Made by a program: the position numbers and the translations under genes. The notes under the pieces were generated by a model. It ran no database searches, was not told the DNA's origin, and saw only the letters and a list, made by a program, of their open reading frames with translations. A stretch of 63,922 nucleotides of DNA, the filler included, from a bacterium (lineage in GTDB: Bacteria; JAMORN01): NCBI GenBank assembly GCA_027063545.1. It is 14 parts of 14 records of this genome, joined end to end, with 100 filler letters (N's around TTAATTAATTAA, not from the genome) between each part and the next. Parts side by side here need not be neighbours in the genome. Positions count along the whole stretch, not along the records: positions 19,423 to 22,071 come from JAMORN010000327.1; positions 22,172 to 24,811 come from JAMORN010000328.1; positions 24,912 to 40,335 come from JAMORN010000329.1; 11 more parts are not named here. One strand, given 5' to 3'. Shown in pieces: positions 19,423-31,109 of this stretch (position 1 is the first letter of the stretch; the number at the start of each line of letters is the position of its first letter).

Positions 19423-21135
19423 ATATAATTTAGTACCTTCAGGTATTCCATAATCTTCGTATATCTGTGGTTCCGGGGTATATTCTTCTTTACAATGATC
19501 ACATAATTTTCTTGCAAGTCTTTGAGCTAACACACCTATAACAGAAGATGAAATTAAAAATGGTTCAATACCCATATCAATAAGACGTGTAAAAGCTCCA
19601 GGAGCATCATTTGTGTGAAGTGTAGATAATACCAAGTGTCCTGTTAATGCCGCTTCTATAGCAATTTCTACAGTTTCCACATCTCTCATTTCTCCTACCA
19701 TTACTATATCAGGGTCCTGACGTAAAATTGATCTTAACCCGGCTGCAAAAGTAAATCCTGCTTTCGGATTTACTTGTCCTTGAGTGATACCAGAAAGTAA
19801 GTATTCTACAGGGTCCTCTAGGGTAACAATATTTACCTCAGGAGTTGATATCTCAGATAGAGCAGCATATAATGTAGATGATTTACCAGATCCTGTAGGA
19901 CCAGTTACAAGAACAATACCATTAGGCATTCTTATAAGTTTTCTAAAACGTTCTAAATCATCAGGCTCAAATCCTATATAATCTAAGTTAAGAAGAGATT
20001 CATCTCTATCCAATATTCTTATAACAATTTTTTCTTGAACACCATAAAATCTAGTATTTGCAGGAAAAGAAGAAAAACGTAAATCTATAACTTTTCCACC
20101 ATATTTAATTTGAGATCTACCATCTTGAGGTTTTCTTTTTTCAGATATATCCATTCCAGATATAATTTTAAGTCTGGAGATTACGGGAGCCATTAGTTTA
20201 ATTGGTATAGAAGCTTTTTCAACTAATACACCATCTATTCTATATCTAATTCTCAATCCATGGTCCATTGGTTCAATATGTATATCAGATGCTTTTTCCT
20301 TTATAGCTGTTGTAATTATGGTATTTACCAGTTTTATAACTTGCTGACCAGACTCATCTGCCTCTGCTAATTCTTCTAAATCCTGTTCTTCGACTACTTC
20401 AACATCTTCATCGTCAGCATCAATACCACCCATTTCTGTGATAACTTTATTTAATTCTTCTTCCTCTTCTTCTCTAAAGACTTCATCTATTTTAGCTAAT
20501 ATATTTTGTTCAGAATCAATAACAGGTTCAACTTCCATTCCAAATCTAAATTTTAAGTGATCTAACACTTTTATATTATTAGGATCTGAAATAGCAACAG
20601 TAATTTTATTATCTTTAGTATATAAAGGAAGTACTTTATATTTTTCATATAAACTTTTAGGTAATTTTTTTATAAGATCTTTATCAACTTTTATGTTTCT
20701 TACGTTTATTCTAATTAACCCAAATTGTTCAGCAAGATATGTTGCGAGATCATCAGGACTTATAATTCTTTTTTCAATTAGAATTTCTCCAAGTTTTTTC
20801 TTTGTTATTTTTTGTTCTTGTAAGAGTTTATTTAATTGTTCGGGAGTTATTATTCCTTTTTCAATTAATATTTCTCCCAATTTCTTTTTTAATCTATGTT
20901 CACTATAATTACCTAAAATTTCTTCTAGCTTTTCTTTTGTTATATATCCTAAATTTATAAGAATTTGTCCTAAAGGAATATTTTTATCTCTATTTAAGTC
21001 TTGAATTTTTATAGCATGCCTTAATTGTTCTTCAGTTATTAATCCTTGAGATACAAGAATTTCTCCAATTTTTTTTCTTGTTTTATTTTTTAAAACTGCA
21101 TGTTTATCATTTTCTAAAAATTTATCTAAAGCCAT
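19423..21135 (-). CDS. pilB: Type IV pilus/T2SS assembly ATPase (PilB/GspE) with two N-terminal MshEN-like domains (3' truncated)
   Basis: ASDIHIEP, PQDGR, GPTGSGKSST, EDPVE, LRQDPD..MVGEMRD, TGHLVLSTLHTND, CxxC; four xLGxIL..G repeats. Confidence 0.9.
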
Positions 21136-21284
21136 AATTTAAGCCTTTTTTAGAAATATTTTATTGATTGTATATTTTAATATAAACCTATATTTTTATT
21201 TTGTCAAATAGAAAATTTATTTTTAAACTAAAAAATTTTTTTATTTTTTAGCCTATAAATTTGTTAAAAATAGGATATATTTAT

Positions 21285-22071
21285 ATGATAAAAGTTATGG
21301 TTGTTTTATCAGTATTATTTACTTTTTACTTAATTTACGAGTATTTTCTATTTTTTCTTATATTGAAGATATGGGCTTCTAAGAAGACGTATGTGATTTA
21401 TAATTTAAATGAATCTGATTTATCAAAAAAGATTTCTATTATAATTTCTGCCTATAACGAAGAGAAAGTAATATATAAAAAACTAGAAAATATAACAAAC
21501 CTGAATTATCCTAAAAAAAATATAGAAATCGTTGTAGTAAATGATTGTAGTGATGATAAAACAGAAGATGAAATAAAGAGATTTATAGAAGATTATAATG
21601 ATATAGAAGTAGTGTATATAAAAAATCTAAAGAGATCTGGAAAAAGTGTATCTTTAAATAAAGCCATAAAGATGGCAAAAGGTGAATATATACTTCTTAC
21701 AGATGCAAATATAATGTTCGATAAAGATTATTTAAAAAATCTTATAAAGTCTATGAAGAATAGTAAAATAGGAGCTGTTAGGGGCCATTTAATTATGAGT
21801 AAGGATATTGATAATATAACCCTATCTGATATGGAAACTTCTTATTGGGATATTGAAGAGAAAGTTGGGTTATGGGAGTATAAAATAAAGACAGCCATTA
21901 ATTTACCAGGAGCAGGTTATTTAATGAGAAAAGATTTATATGAATTAATACCAGAGGATAGAGTTATAATGGATGATTTTTTTGAATCTATGGCTATCTT
22001 AAAAAAAGGTTATATTATTGCTTATTCGGTAGATGCTTTAATGTATGAAGCGCCCAGTAGGGAAATTTGGG
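21285..22071 (+). CDS. Glycosyltransferase family 2 (3' truncated)
   Basis: N-terminal TM, ISAYNEE, VNDCSDD, GKSVSLN, TDAN. Confidence 0.88.
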
Positions 22072-22171
22072 NNNNNNNNNNNNNNNNNNNNNNNNNNNNN
22101 NNNNNNNNNNNNNNNTTAATTAATTAANNNNNNNNNNNNNNNNNNNNNNNNNNNNNNNNNNNNNNNNNNNN

Positions 22172-23356
22172 AGTTATTAGTCCATAATGATTTAAATAAT
22201 GATCTACTATATCAAGCCAATAAAGCCCTGCATCTGTGGTAAAAACAAGAGAGCCTAAAAAACCAATAATTGAAACATAAGTAACTACTTTTTTTCTACT
22301 TACCCCAAATTTGTCTATCATTGCAGAAGTAAAAGCCTCAATAATAGATATAGATGAAGATATACCAGCTATAGTAAGTAAAAAGAAAAATAATACCCCA
22401 AAAAGCTTACCAAAAGGTAAAAGAGAAATAACTTTAGGATAAGCAACAAAAGCAAGTCCTATTCCTTGAGAAACAACATCATTTATATCTTTACCTTGCT
22501 GTGTAGCCATATATCCTAAAATACTAAAAACACCAAATCCTGCAAAAACTTCATAGGCACTATTGGAAAATCCAACAATTAAACTATTTTTAAAAATGTT
22601 AGCTTTTTTTGGCAAATAAGAAGCATAAGCTATCATTATCCCAAAAGCTAAAGATAAAGAAAAAAATATCTGGCCATAGGCATCTATCCAAACTTTATAA
22701 TCTAATATTTTAGAGAAATCGGGTGTTACATATTTTTTAATTCCAACAGAAGCCCCAGGTAGCATTATAGACCAAATTATAATAAAAATAGTAACAAAAA
22801 ATAGAATTGGCATCATTATTCTACTAGCTTTTTCTATTCCTTTTTCTATTCCATTATAGGTTATAAACCAATTTATAAACCATATTATTGCTACTGCAAC
22901 AACAATAGGAATATTTATTTTGTTAACATCAGATACCCCAGATGATAAACTTAAAAATTTCTTAAAGAAAAATGTATTAGGATCATTACCCCAAGAATGA
23001 AAAATAGAAAAGAATATATAGTTAAAAGCCCAACCAATAACTACAATGTAATACATTACAATTCCAAACATAACAAAAATAACTGGCCACCACCCAACCC
23101 ATTCCCATTTTTCATCTATTTCTTTAAAAGCCTTAGGAGCAGATCCTTCTTTATTATGACCTAAGGCAAACTCAAGCATTAAAATAGGTATACCTGCTGT
23201 TAAAAGAGCAATAAAATATGGTATTAAAAAAGCTCCTCCACCATTTTCATACGCAATATAAGGGAATCTCCATATATTACCTAACCCAACAGCTGAACCT
23301 ATTGCAGCAAATAAAAAACCTATATTAGTACCCCAACTCCCTCTATTGTTAGCCAT
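22172..23356 (-). CDS. Sodium-dependent transporter, neurotransmitter:sodium symporter family (3' truncated)
   Basis: GSAVGLGNIWRFPY, GGGAFLIPY, W..A.GQIFFSLS, GLAFVAYP; GGAGG RBS. Confidence 0.93.
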
Positions 23357-23440
23357 TTTATAACCTCCGTTAATTAATTATTAGTTATAGATTTATTAAA
23401 AATAATAATTTTTTATCAAAAAGAATAAAACAAAAAATTG

Positions 23441-24811
<1,371 letters not shown>

Positions 24812-24911
24812 NNNNNNNNNNNNNNNNNNNNNNNNNNNNNNNNNNNNNNNNNNNNTTAATTAATTAANNNNNNNNNNNNNNNNNNNNNNNNNNNNNNNNN
24901 NNNNNNNNNNN

Positions 24912-25491
24912 AGCATCACAAAACAAAAGTTTAGGAAGATTTAATTTAGAAGGTATACCACCAGCCCCAAGAGGAGTACCACAAATAGAAGTTACTTTTG
25001 ATATTGATGCCAACGGTATTTTACATGTATCAGCTAAGGATAAGGCTACAGGTAAAGAACAATCTATTAGAATTGAAGCATCTAGTGGATTAACAGAAGA
25101 AGAAATTGAAAAGATGAGAAAAGAAGCAGAAGAGCATGCTGAAGAAGATAGAAGACAAAAAGAATTAATAGAAACAAGAAATCAGGCAGAACAATTGATT
25201 TATGCAACAGAAAAAACATTGAAGGATATAGGAGATAAGATAACAGAAGATGAGAAAAAGAATATTCAAGAAAAAATTGAAGAACTTAAAAAGGTATTAA
25301 ATTCTCAAGACAAAGAAGAAATAAAGAGAAAGATGGAAGAATTACAACAATCGTCTTATAAAATAGCAGAAGAGTTATATAAACAACAAGCAGCACAAAA
25401 TCAACAAAATACTACACAGCAAGCAAGCCAAAATACAACTCAAAATAATAATAATAATAATAGTGATGACGATGTAGAGATTATTGATTAA
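24912..25491 (+). CDS. dnaK: Chaperone DnaK (5' truncated)
   Basis: [31 protein letters not shown] read from the contig edge; upstream of dnaJ. Confidence 0.96.
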
Positions 25492-25523
25492 AGTTTTTTT
25501 CCTTATAAAAGGAGAGATTATAT

Positions 25524-26708
25524 ATGGCTACTAAAAAAGATTATTATGAAATCCTGGGAGTGCCAAGGGATGCCTCCCAGGAAGAGATAAAAAGAGCATA
25601 TAGAAAATTGGCTGTTAAATACCATCCAGATAAGAATCCTGGGGATAAAGAGGCAGAAGAGAAGTTTAAAGAAATAACAGAGGCATATGCCGTTTTATCA
25701 GATCCAGAAAAAAGAAAGTTATATGATCAATTTGGCCATGCTGCATTTGAACAAGGTGCAGGTGGTGGTTATTCTGGAGGTTATACAGGAGGAGGATTTA
25801 ATTTTGAAGGGTTTGATTTAAATGACGCTTTTAAAATTTTTGAAGAAGTATTTGGTGGTGGAGATATATTTGATTCTATATTTGGTGGAGGATTTTCTAA
25901 AAGGAGAGGTTATAGTTCTAGGGGATATAAGAAAAGAGGAGATAATATACAGGTTGAATTACCACTTACATTAGAAGAGATTGCCACTGGTACTACAAAG
26001 AAAATAAAATATAAAAGATACGTTACATGTTCATCATGTGGAGGAACAGGTTCTAAATCAGGGAAGAGAACTACATGTCCTACATGTGGAGGAACAGGAC
26101 AGGTTAGAGATGTAAAAAGAAGTGTTTTTGGAAATGTTATTAGTATAACCACTTGTCCTACATGTAGAGGGACAGGAGAGATTTTAAGTGATCTGTGTCC
26201 TGTTTGTAATGGAACAGGTAGAGTTAAGGAACAAGAGATAGTTGAGGTAAGAATTCCAGCAGGGGTTGAGGAAGGAAATTATATACCTTTAAGAGGTAAG
26301 GGCCATCAAGGCTCTAATGGGGGCCCAGCAGGTGATCTAATAGTTATAATAAGAGAAAAACCTCATGAGATTTTTGAAAGAATAGGAAATGATTTATATG
26401 CCCGATTAAATATACCTTTTTCAAAGGCAGTTCTTGGTGGTAAGATTAAGATTAAAACATTAGATCAAAAAGAAGTAGAAGTGAATATACCTAAGGGAAT
26501 AAAATCTGATAAAGTAATAAAATTGAAAGGAAAAGGTTTAGTAGATTATGAAACAGGGAAAAGAGGAGATCTTTATTTAAGAATAAGTATTATTGTACCA
26601 GATAATATCTCTAGTGAATATAAGAAGTTAATAGAAGAGTTAGCAAAAATAGAAGAGAAAGAAGGTATAAAGGAATTTTTGGATAAAGATAAGAAAATAA
26701 AGCAGTAG
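25524..26708 (+). CDS. dnaJ: Chaperone DnaJ
   Basis: J-domain HPD, G/F-rich region, four CxxCxGxG repeats; AAGGAG RBS. Confidence 0.97.
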   Translation: MATKKDYYEILGVPRDASQEEIKRAYRKLAVKYHPDKNPGDKEAEEKFKEITEAYAVLSDPEKRKLYDQFGHAAFEQGAGGGYSGGYTGGGFNFEGFDLNDAFKIFEEVFGGGDIFDSIFGGGFSKRRGYSSRGYKKRGDNIQVELPLTLEEIATGTTKKIKYKRYVTCSSCGGTGSKSGKRTTCPTCGGTGQVRDVKRSVFGNVISITTCPTCRGTGEILSDLCPVCNGTGRVKEQEIVEVRIPAGVEEGNYIPLRGKGHQGSNGGPAGDLIVIIREKPHEIFERIGNDLYARLNIPFSKAVLGGKIKIKTLDQKEVEVNIPKGIKSDKVIKLKGKGLVDYETGKRGDLYLRISIIVPDNISSEYKKLIEELAKIEEKEGIKEFLDKDKKIKQ

Positions 26709-26738
26709 AATGTATATATATTACTTACTTTTACTAAT

Positions 26739-26765
26739 AGCCTCCCGATTTAGGGAGGTTTTTTT
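26739..26765 (+). terminator. Rho-independent terminator after dnaJ
   Basis: Stem AGCCTCCC / GGGAGGTT, loop GATTTA, followed by a T-tract. Confidence 0.85.
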
Positions 26766-26775
26766 ATATAATGAA

Positions 26776-26793
26776 TTGTGAAAAAATTCATTT
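26776..26793. promoter_or_regulatory. Rex-like operator just upstream of the hydG -35 box
   Basis: TTGTGAA-AAAA-TTCATTT versus Rex consensus TTGTGAA-N4-TTCACAA; overlaps inverted repeat AATGAATT/AATTCATT. Confidence 0.4.
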
Positions 26794-26798
26794 TTGTA

Positions 26799-26827
26799 TT
26801 GACAATATTTTCTATATATATTATATT
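26799..26827 (+). promoter_or_regulatory. Sigma-70 promoter of hydG
   Basis: Consensus TTGACA, 17-bp spacer, TATATT; lies just after the dnaJ terminator. Confidence 0.7.
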
Positions 26828-26832
26828 AACTA

Positions 26833-26846
26833 TTAGATAGGTCTAA
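26833..26846. promoter_or_regulatory. Palindromic operator at the predicted hydG transcription start, DtxR-family-like
   Basis: TTAGA-TAGG-TCTAA inverted repeat 5 bp after the -10 box. Confidence 0.35.
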
Positions 26847-26894
26847 CATTAAAAACTAAATATTAAAAAACACTATAATATATGGGAGAATATT

Positions 26895-28325
26895 ATGAAA
26901 GTTATAATTAAAGAATTGCCAGAAAAGTATAATTTTATAGATGAAGAAAGAATTCATAGTATTTTAGTCAATACAAAACCAGATAAGATTAAGATTAGAG
27001 AGATTCTTGAAAAATCAAAGGCTAAAAATAGATTAACATTGGAAGAAGCAGCAACTTTACTTAATAATGAAGATCCAGATGTTTGGGAGGAGATTTATGC
27101 AGCAGCACGATATGTAAAAGAGATAGTTTATGGTAATAGATTAGTTCTTTTTGCTCCCTTGTATATAGGCAGTAAATGTGTAAATGGATGTCTTTATTGT
27201 GGATTTTCTATTGATAATCCTCATGCAATCAGAATGACTTTAACGAAGGAAGAGTTGATTAAAGAGGTAGAAGCCTTAGAGGACATGGGGCATAAGAGAC
27301 TTATATTAGTTTATGGAGAACATCCTGAATATAATGGTGAAAGAATTGCTGAGGATGTAAGGACAGTATATTCAGTTAAGAAAGGAAAGGGAGAAATAAG
27401 AAGGGTAAATATAAATGCAGCTCCTATGGATGTGGAAAACTATAAATTAGTTCATGAAGCAGGTATTGGTACATGGCAAATTTTTCAAGAAACGTACCAT
27501 AGAGAAACATATAAAAAGATGCATCCTAAGGGTCCAAAATCAAATTACTTATGGAGACTCACAGGACTTGATAGAGCAATGGAAGCAGGAATTGATGATG
27601 TAGGAATAGGTGTTTTATTTGGGCTTTATAATTATAAATTTGAGGTTTTAGCTCTTCTACAACATACAGAGCATTTGGAAAAAGAGTTCGGAGTAGGCCC
27701 TCATACAATAAGTTTTCCAAGACTTAATCCAGCTTTTGGTGCTTTAACAGAAACACCTTATAAGGTGAGTGATGAACAGTTGAAGCACATTATTGCAGTT
27801 TTAAGGCTTTCTGTACCATATACAGGTCTTATTCTAACGGCAAGAGAGCCTGCTCATTTAAGAAGAGAATTGTTTAAATTAGGCGTTTCTCAAACTGATG
27901 GAGGGACAAGTATTGAGATGAAAGGTTATTCTAAGATGAGAGAGAGAAAGAAAGCTGATCAGGAGCTTGATAAAGAACAATTTAAAATAAATGATGTAAG
28001 AAGTTTAGATGAGGTGATATATGAGGCAGTTTTAGATGGCTATATTCCATCTTTTTGTACTTCATGTTATAGAGCAGGAAGAACAGGTGAGCATTTTATG
28101 GAATATTCAATACCAGGATTTATACATAATTTCTGTACTCCAAATGCAATTTTAACATTCTTAGAATACTTACTTGATTATGCTTCTGAAAAAACAAAGG
28201 AAGTAGGATTTAAATTAATAGATAAAGAGATAGAAAAGTTAAAAGAAGTAAATCCTAAAATATATAATGTACTACTAAAAAAGGTTGAAGAAGTAAAAAA
28301 TGGGAAAAGAGATGTATACTTCTAA
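26895..28325 (+). CDS. hydG: [FeFe]-hydrogenase H-cluster radical SAM maturase HydG
   Basis: LFAPLYI..CVNGCLYC (CxxxCxxC), FQETYH, GPHTISFPR and C-terminal CX2CX22C (CTSCYR...NFC), which ThiH lacks. Confidence 0.93.
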   Translation: MKVIIKELPEKYNFIDEERIHSILVNTKPDKIKIREILEKSKAKNRLTLEEAATLLNNEDPDVWEEIYAAARYVKEIVYGNRLVLFAPLYIGSKCVNGCLYCGFSIDNPHAIRMTLTKEELIKEVEALEDMGHKRLILVYGEHPEYNGERIAEDVRTVYSVKKGKGEIRRVNINAAPMDVENYKLVHEAGIGTWQIFQETYHRETYKKMHPKGPKSNYLWRLTGLDRAMEAGIDDVGIGVLFGLYNYKFEVLALLQHTEHLEKEFGVGPHTISFPRLNPAFGALTETPYKVSDEQLKHIIAVLRLSVPYTGLILTAREPAHLRRELFKLGVSQTDGGTSIEMKGYSKMRERKKADQELDKEQFKINDVRSLDEVIYEAVLDGYIPSFCTSCYRAGRTGEHFMEYSIPGFIHNFCTPNAILTFLEYLLDYASEKTKEVGFKLIDKEIEKLKEVNPKIYNVLLKKVEEVKNGKRDVYF

Positions 28326-28569
28326 AGAGAAAAAAAAACTAGAGAGAATAAAAAAATCTGTAAAGGATTTTATTAAAAATAAAAATAATATAAAAATTAT
28401 ATTAGCAGAGAGATATAATAAAAGAATCTCCTATATTTGGCATATAGGAAAAGAAAATTTTGAAACACCACATGAGATAGAATTATTTGATAAATACCTT
28501 CTTGTAGTTCATACTGAAAATGAGGGGGTTATTTCTGAACTAAAAAATTATCTAAAAAATTTTTTATAA
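28300..28569 (+). CDS. Hypothetical protein, 89 aa
   Basis: ORF overlapping the hydG end; no recognisable motif. Confidence 0.55.
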   Translation: MGKEMYTSKEKKKLERIKKSVKDFIKNKNNIKIILAERYNKRISYIWHIGKENFETPHEIELFDKYLLVVHTENEGVISELKNYLKNFL

Positions 28570-28586
28570 ATGCTAATTTTTTTCCA

Positions 28587-28615
28587 TTGATTTTTTTAGT
28601 GAAAAAAAATATATT
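28587..28615 (+). promoter_or_regulatory. Putative sigma-70 promoter of the mbx operon
   Basis: TTGATT-17 bp-TATATT, 50 bp before the GTG start; GAGGG RBS follows. Confidence 0.55.
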
Positions 28616-28665
28616 ATATCACAAATAATATAAAGTGTGAAAACAATAACACAAAGAGGGTAAGT

Positions 28666-29151
28666 GTGAAAAAGTTTATAACAATTTTTGTACTTTTATT
28701 TATAATTTATTTATTATATATTCAAACTCTTGTGATTCAGGAAATTATAGCTGGATTATTTGGTTCTTTAATAATTAGTTTTATTGTTGTAAATTACTTT
28801 AAATTTGATCTATTTTCAGGTAATTTTATAGTTAAGATTGTGAAATTTTTTATACTATATGTCCCTAAACTATTAATAGAAATAGTAAAGGCAAACATTC
28901 ATATGGCAATGATTGTTTTATCACCAAAGATAAAGATTAAATCTGGGTTTGTAAAACAAAATACTAGTTTAGGCGGAGATATTTCTAGACTAATGTTGGC
29001 AAATTCTATAACACTTACACCGGGAACATTAACAGTAGATGTTGATGAAGAAAAAGGTGAGTATATAATACATACTGTTGAAAAAGATAAAGTGAAAGGG
29101 AATGAAATAGTAGAACATTTTGAAAAAACTATAAAAGAGGTTTTTGAATGA
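28666..29151 (+). CDS. mbxA: Mbx/MBS subunit A (MnhE/MrpE-like)
   Basis: LANSITLTPGTLTVD signature; first gene of a 13-gene Mrp-Nuo operon. Confidence 0.85.
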   Translation: MKKFITIFVLLFIIYLLYIQTLVIQEIIAGLFGSLIISFIVVNYFKFDLFSGNFIVKIVKFFILYVPKLLIEIVKANIHMAMIVLSPKIKIKSGFVKQNTSLGGDISRLMLANSITLTPGTLTVDVDEEKGEYIIHTVEKDKVKGNEIVEHFEKTIKEVFE

Positions 29152-29426
29152 TAGGATTAGGTGTATTAGATTTAACAATAATAGGTTTTATGAGTTTAGG
29201 ACTTTTGTTTTCTCTTTTTGCAATAATTGTTTCAAAAAGAATAGAAGAGGCAATAGCATCTTTAGATGTTTTAAATATAATAATAAGTGCTTTAATTTTA
29301 TTACTAGGAGTTGTTTATAAAAATTCTCTCTTCTATGATATTGCAATGATATATGCTGTTATAGGATTTATGGAAACAATAGTATTTTCAAGAATACTTG
29401 AAACAACAAAGAAGGAAGAAGAATAA
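29148..29426 (+). CDS. mbxB: Mbx/MBS subunit B (MnhF-like)
   Basis: 3 TM helices, A.LD...I and DIA.IYA..GF pattern; operon position. Confidence 0.8.
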   Translation: MIGLGVLDLTIIGFMSLGLLFSLFAIIVSKRIEEAIASLDVLNIIISALILLLGVVYKNSLFYDIAMIYAVIGFMETIVFSRILETTKKEEE

Positions 29427-29725
29427 TGGTTTTATTAGGAAAAATCTTAATGATAGTAGGGGCTATTTTTTTGTTTTTAGGGGGGTTAGGTGTTTTTAGA
29501 ATGCCTGATGTGTATAATAAACTACAAGCAGGAACTAAAGCAACAACTTTAGGATTTATGACATTTGCTTTAGGTGTGGGATTTGTTGATGTATCTAATC
29601 TTTTAAAAATGATAATAATAATTGTTTTTATAGCTCTAACAAACCCTGTTGGTAGTTCAGTTTTGGCAAAAGCTTCTTTTAGAAGAGGTGTAAATCCAGA
29701 GTTTAACAATAAAAGTGAGGAATAA
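29426..29725 (+). CDS. mbxC: Mbx/MBS subunit C (MnhG-like)
   Basis: G.FRMPDVYNKLQAGTKATTLG, TNPV. Confidence 0.85.
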   Translation: MVLLGKILMIVGAIFLFLGGLGVFRMPDVYNKLQAGTKATTLGFMTFALGVGFVDVSNLLKMIIIIVFIALTNPVGSSVLAKASFRRGVNPEFNNKSEE

Positions 29726-29726
29726 T

Positions 29727-29987
29727 ATGTTAGAATTAACTGCGATGGGAATATTTATGTTTATAATACTTTTATTCTCTTATTTTGCAATAGAAGTAAG
29801 AAGTATTTTATATTCAATACTTTTTTTGAGTGTAGCCTCTTTGATTGCGGTAGTACTATTTTTAATGTGGCAGGCTCCTGATGTAGCTATGACAGAAGCA
29901 GTTATTGGAGCAGGATTTACAACATTTTTACTTTTAATGGCATATCATAAACTATTCAAACACAACAAGGAAGAGGGAGATGAATAA
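29727..29987 (+). CDS. mbxD: Mbx/MBS subunit D (DUF4040/MbhD-like)
   Basis: QAPDVAMTEAVIGAG signature; ATG chosen after the GAGG RBS. Confidence 0.83.
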   Translation: MLELTAMGIFMFIILLFSYFAIEVRSILYSILFLSVASLIAVVLFLMWQAPDVAMTEAVIGAGFTTFLLLMAYHKLFKHNKEEGDE

Positions 29988-30729
29988 GGTTCTATCACTA
30001 ATTTCTATCTTTATAATAATAGCAATTATAGGAGCAGGACTTTCAACAGGTCTTAAGGTTTATGATAAAAATAATTTAAATGGAAAAGCTGGCGAGATTT
30101 TTCTTAAAAGGGGAGCGTCCTTAAAAAGTGGATATAAAAAGATAGAAGAAGGAACAAAAGTATTTGGAGAGAAGGGTTTTGAGGCAACAGGGGCAAATAC
30201 AGTTACAGAGGTTGTGGTAAATTACAGGTCTTTTGATACTTTGGGAGAGGTTACAGTTTTATTTATGGCAGCAACAGGGGTTTTAGCTCTATTTTATAGA
30301 AGAAAAAGGGATATTTATTTTCTTCAACCAAATTATGTTTTAAAAATATCTAGTATTCTTATTTTACCTTTTATAGTAATGCTTGGTTATTATATATTTA
30401 TTCATGGTCATTTAACTCCAGGTGGAGGATTTCAAGGAGGAGTGATACTTGCGATAGCAACTCTTCTTTATGTTTTATCAAATCATCATAGTTCTTTTTT
30501 AAAAAAGTCTCTTAAAGTTTTAGAAGGCTTATCTGGTATGGGATATGTAGTTATAGGGCTTTTGGGAATAATAATGGGAGGATTTTTTTTATATAACTTT
30601 TTACCTTTAGGAAAAGTAGGAGATTTATTTAGTGCCGGTATTGTGCCAATTGTATATATTTTAATAGGTTTAAAAGTTGGGTCTGAAGTTTCAGGAATAA
30701 TACTTGATTATATAGGGGAGGATGAATAA
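29980..30729 (+). CDS. mbxF: Mbx/MBS MnhB-like subunit
   Basis: N.VT.VVVNYRSFDTLGE and HGHLTPGGGFQGG. Confidence 0.85.
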   Translation: MNKVLSLISIFIIIAIIGAGLSTGLKVYDKNNLNGKAGEIFLKRGASLKSGYKKIEEGTKVFGEKGFEATGANTVTEVVVNYRSFDTLGEVTVLFMAATGVLALFYRRKRDIYFLQPNYVLKISSILILPFIVMLGYYIFIHGHLTPGGGFQGGVILAIATLLYVLSNHHSSFLKKSLKVLEGLSGMGYVVIGLLGIIMGGFFLYNFLPLGKVGDLFSAGIVPIVYILIGLKVGSEVSGIILDYIGEDE

Positions 30730-31105
30730 TATGTTGTCGTGGAATGAATTTTTGATTGATTGGGTATTTGTATATGGGCCTTTATCTATATTTTTTATTG
30801 GCTTATATGGGCTTATGACTCAGAAGAATTTATTAAAAATAGTAATTTCTATAGATATAATGGATTTAGGGGTCAATTTATTTATAGTGAGTTTAGGATA
30901 TGTAAAAAATGGTGTGGCTCCGATCTATACCTCAAAAAATTTGATATTTATAAAGAATTTTGTGGATCCTCTTCCACAAGCATTAGTTTTGACTGCGATT
31001 GTGATTTCAGTGGCAGTTTCAGCATTTGTGTTATCTTTAACAATAAAAATATATGAAAAATATAAAACTGTAGATATTGATAAACTAAACACATTAGAGG
31101 ATTAG
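30722..31105 (+). CDS. mbxG: Mbx/MBS subunit G (MnhC/NuoK-like)
   Basis: DPLPQALVLTAIVI signature. Confidence 0.87.
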   Translation: MNNMLSWNEFLIDWVFVYGPLSIFFIGLYGLMTQKNLLKIVISIDIMDLGVNLFIVSLGYVKNGVAPIYTSKNLIFIKNFVDPLPQALVLTAIVISVAVSAFVLSLTIKIYEKYKTVDIDKLNTLED

Positions 31106-31109
31106 GCGT

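Noticed and set aside
25444-25461. (AAT)6 microsatellite as a phase-variation tract
   Set aside because: In-frame triplet run encoding the low-complexity Q/N tail of DnaK; slippage would not shift the frame
26895-28325. ThiH thiamine biosynthesis enzyme
   Set aside because: The length and the C-terminal CX2CX22C auxiliary-cluster motif indicate HydG; no thi genes are adjacent
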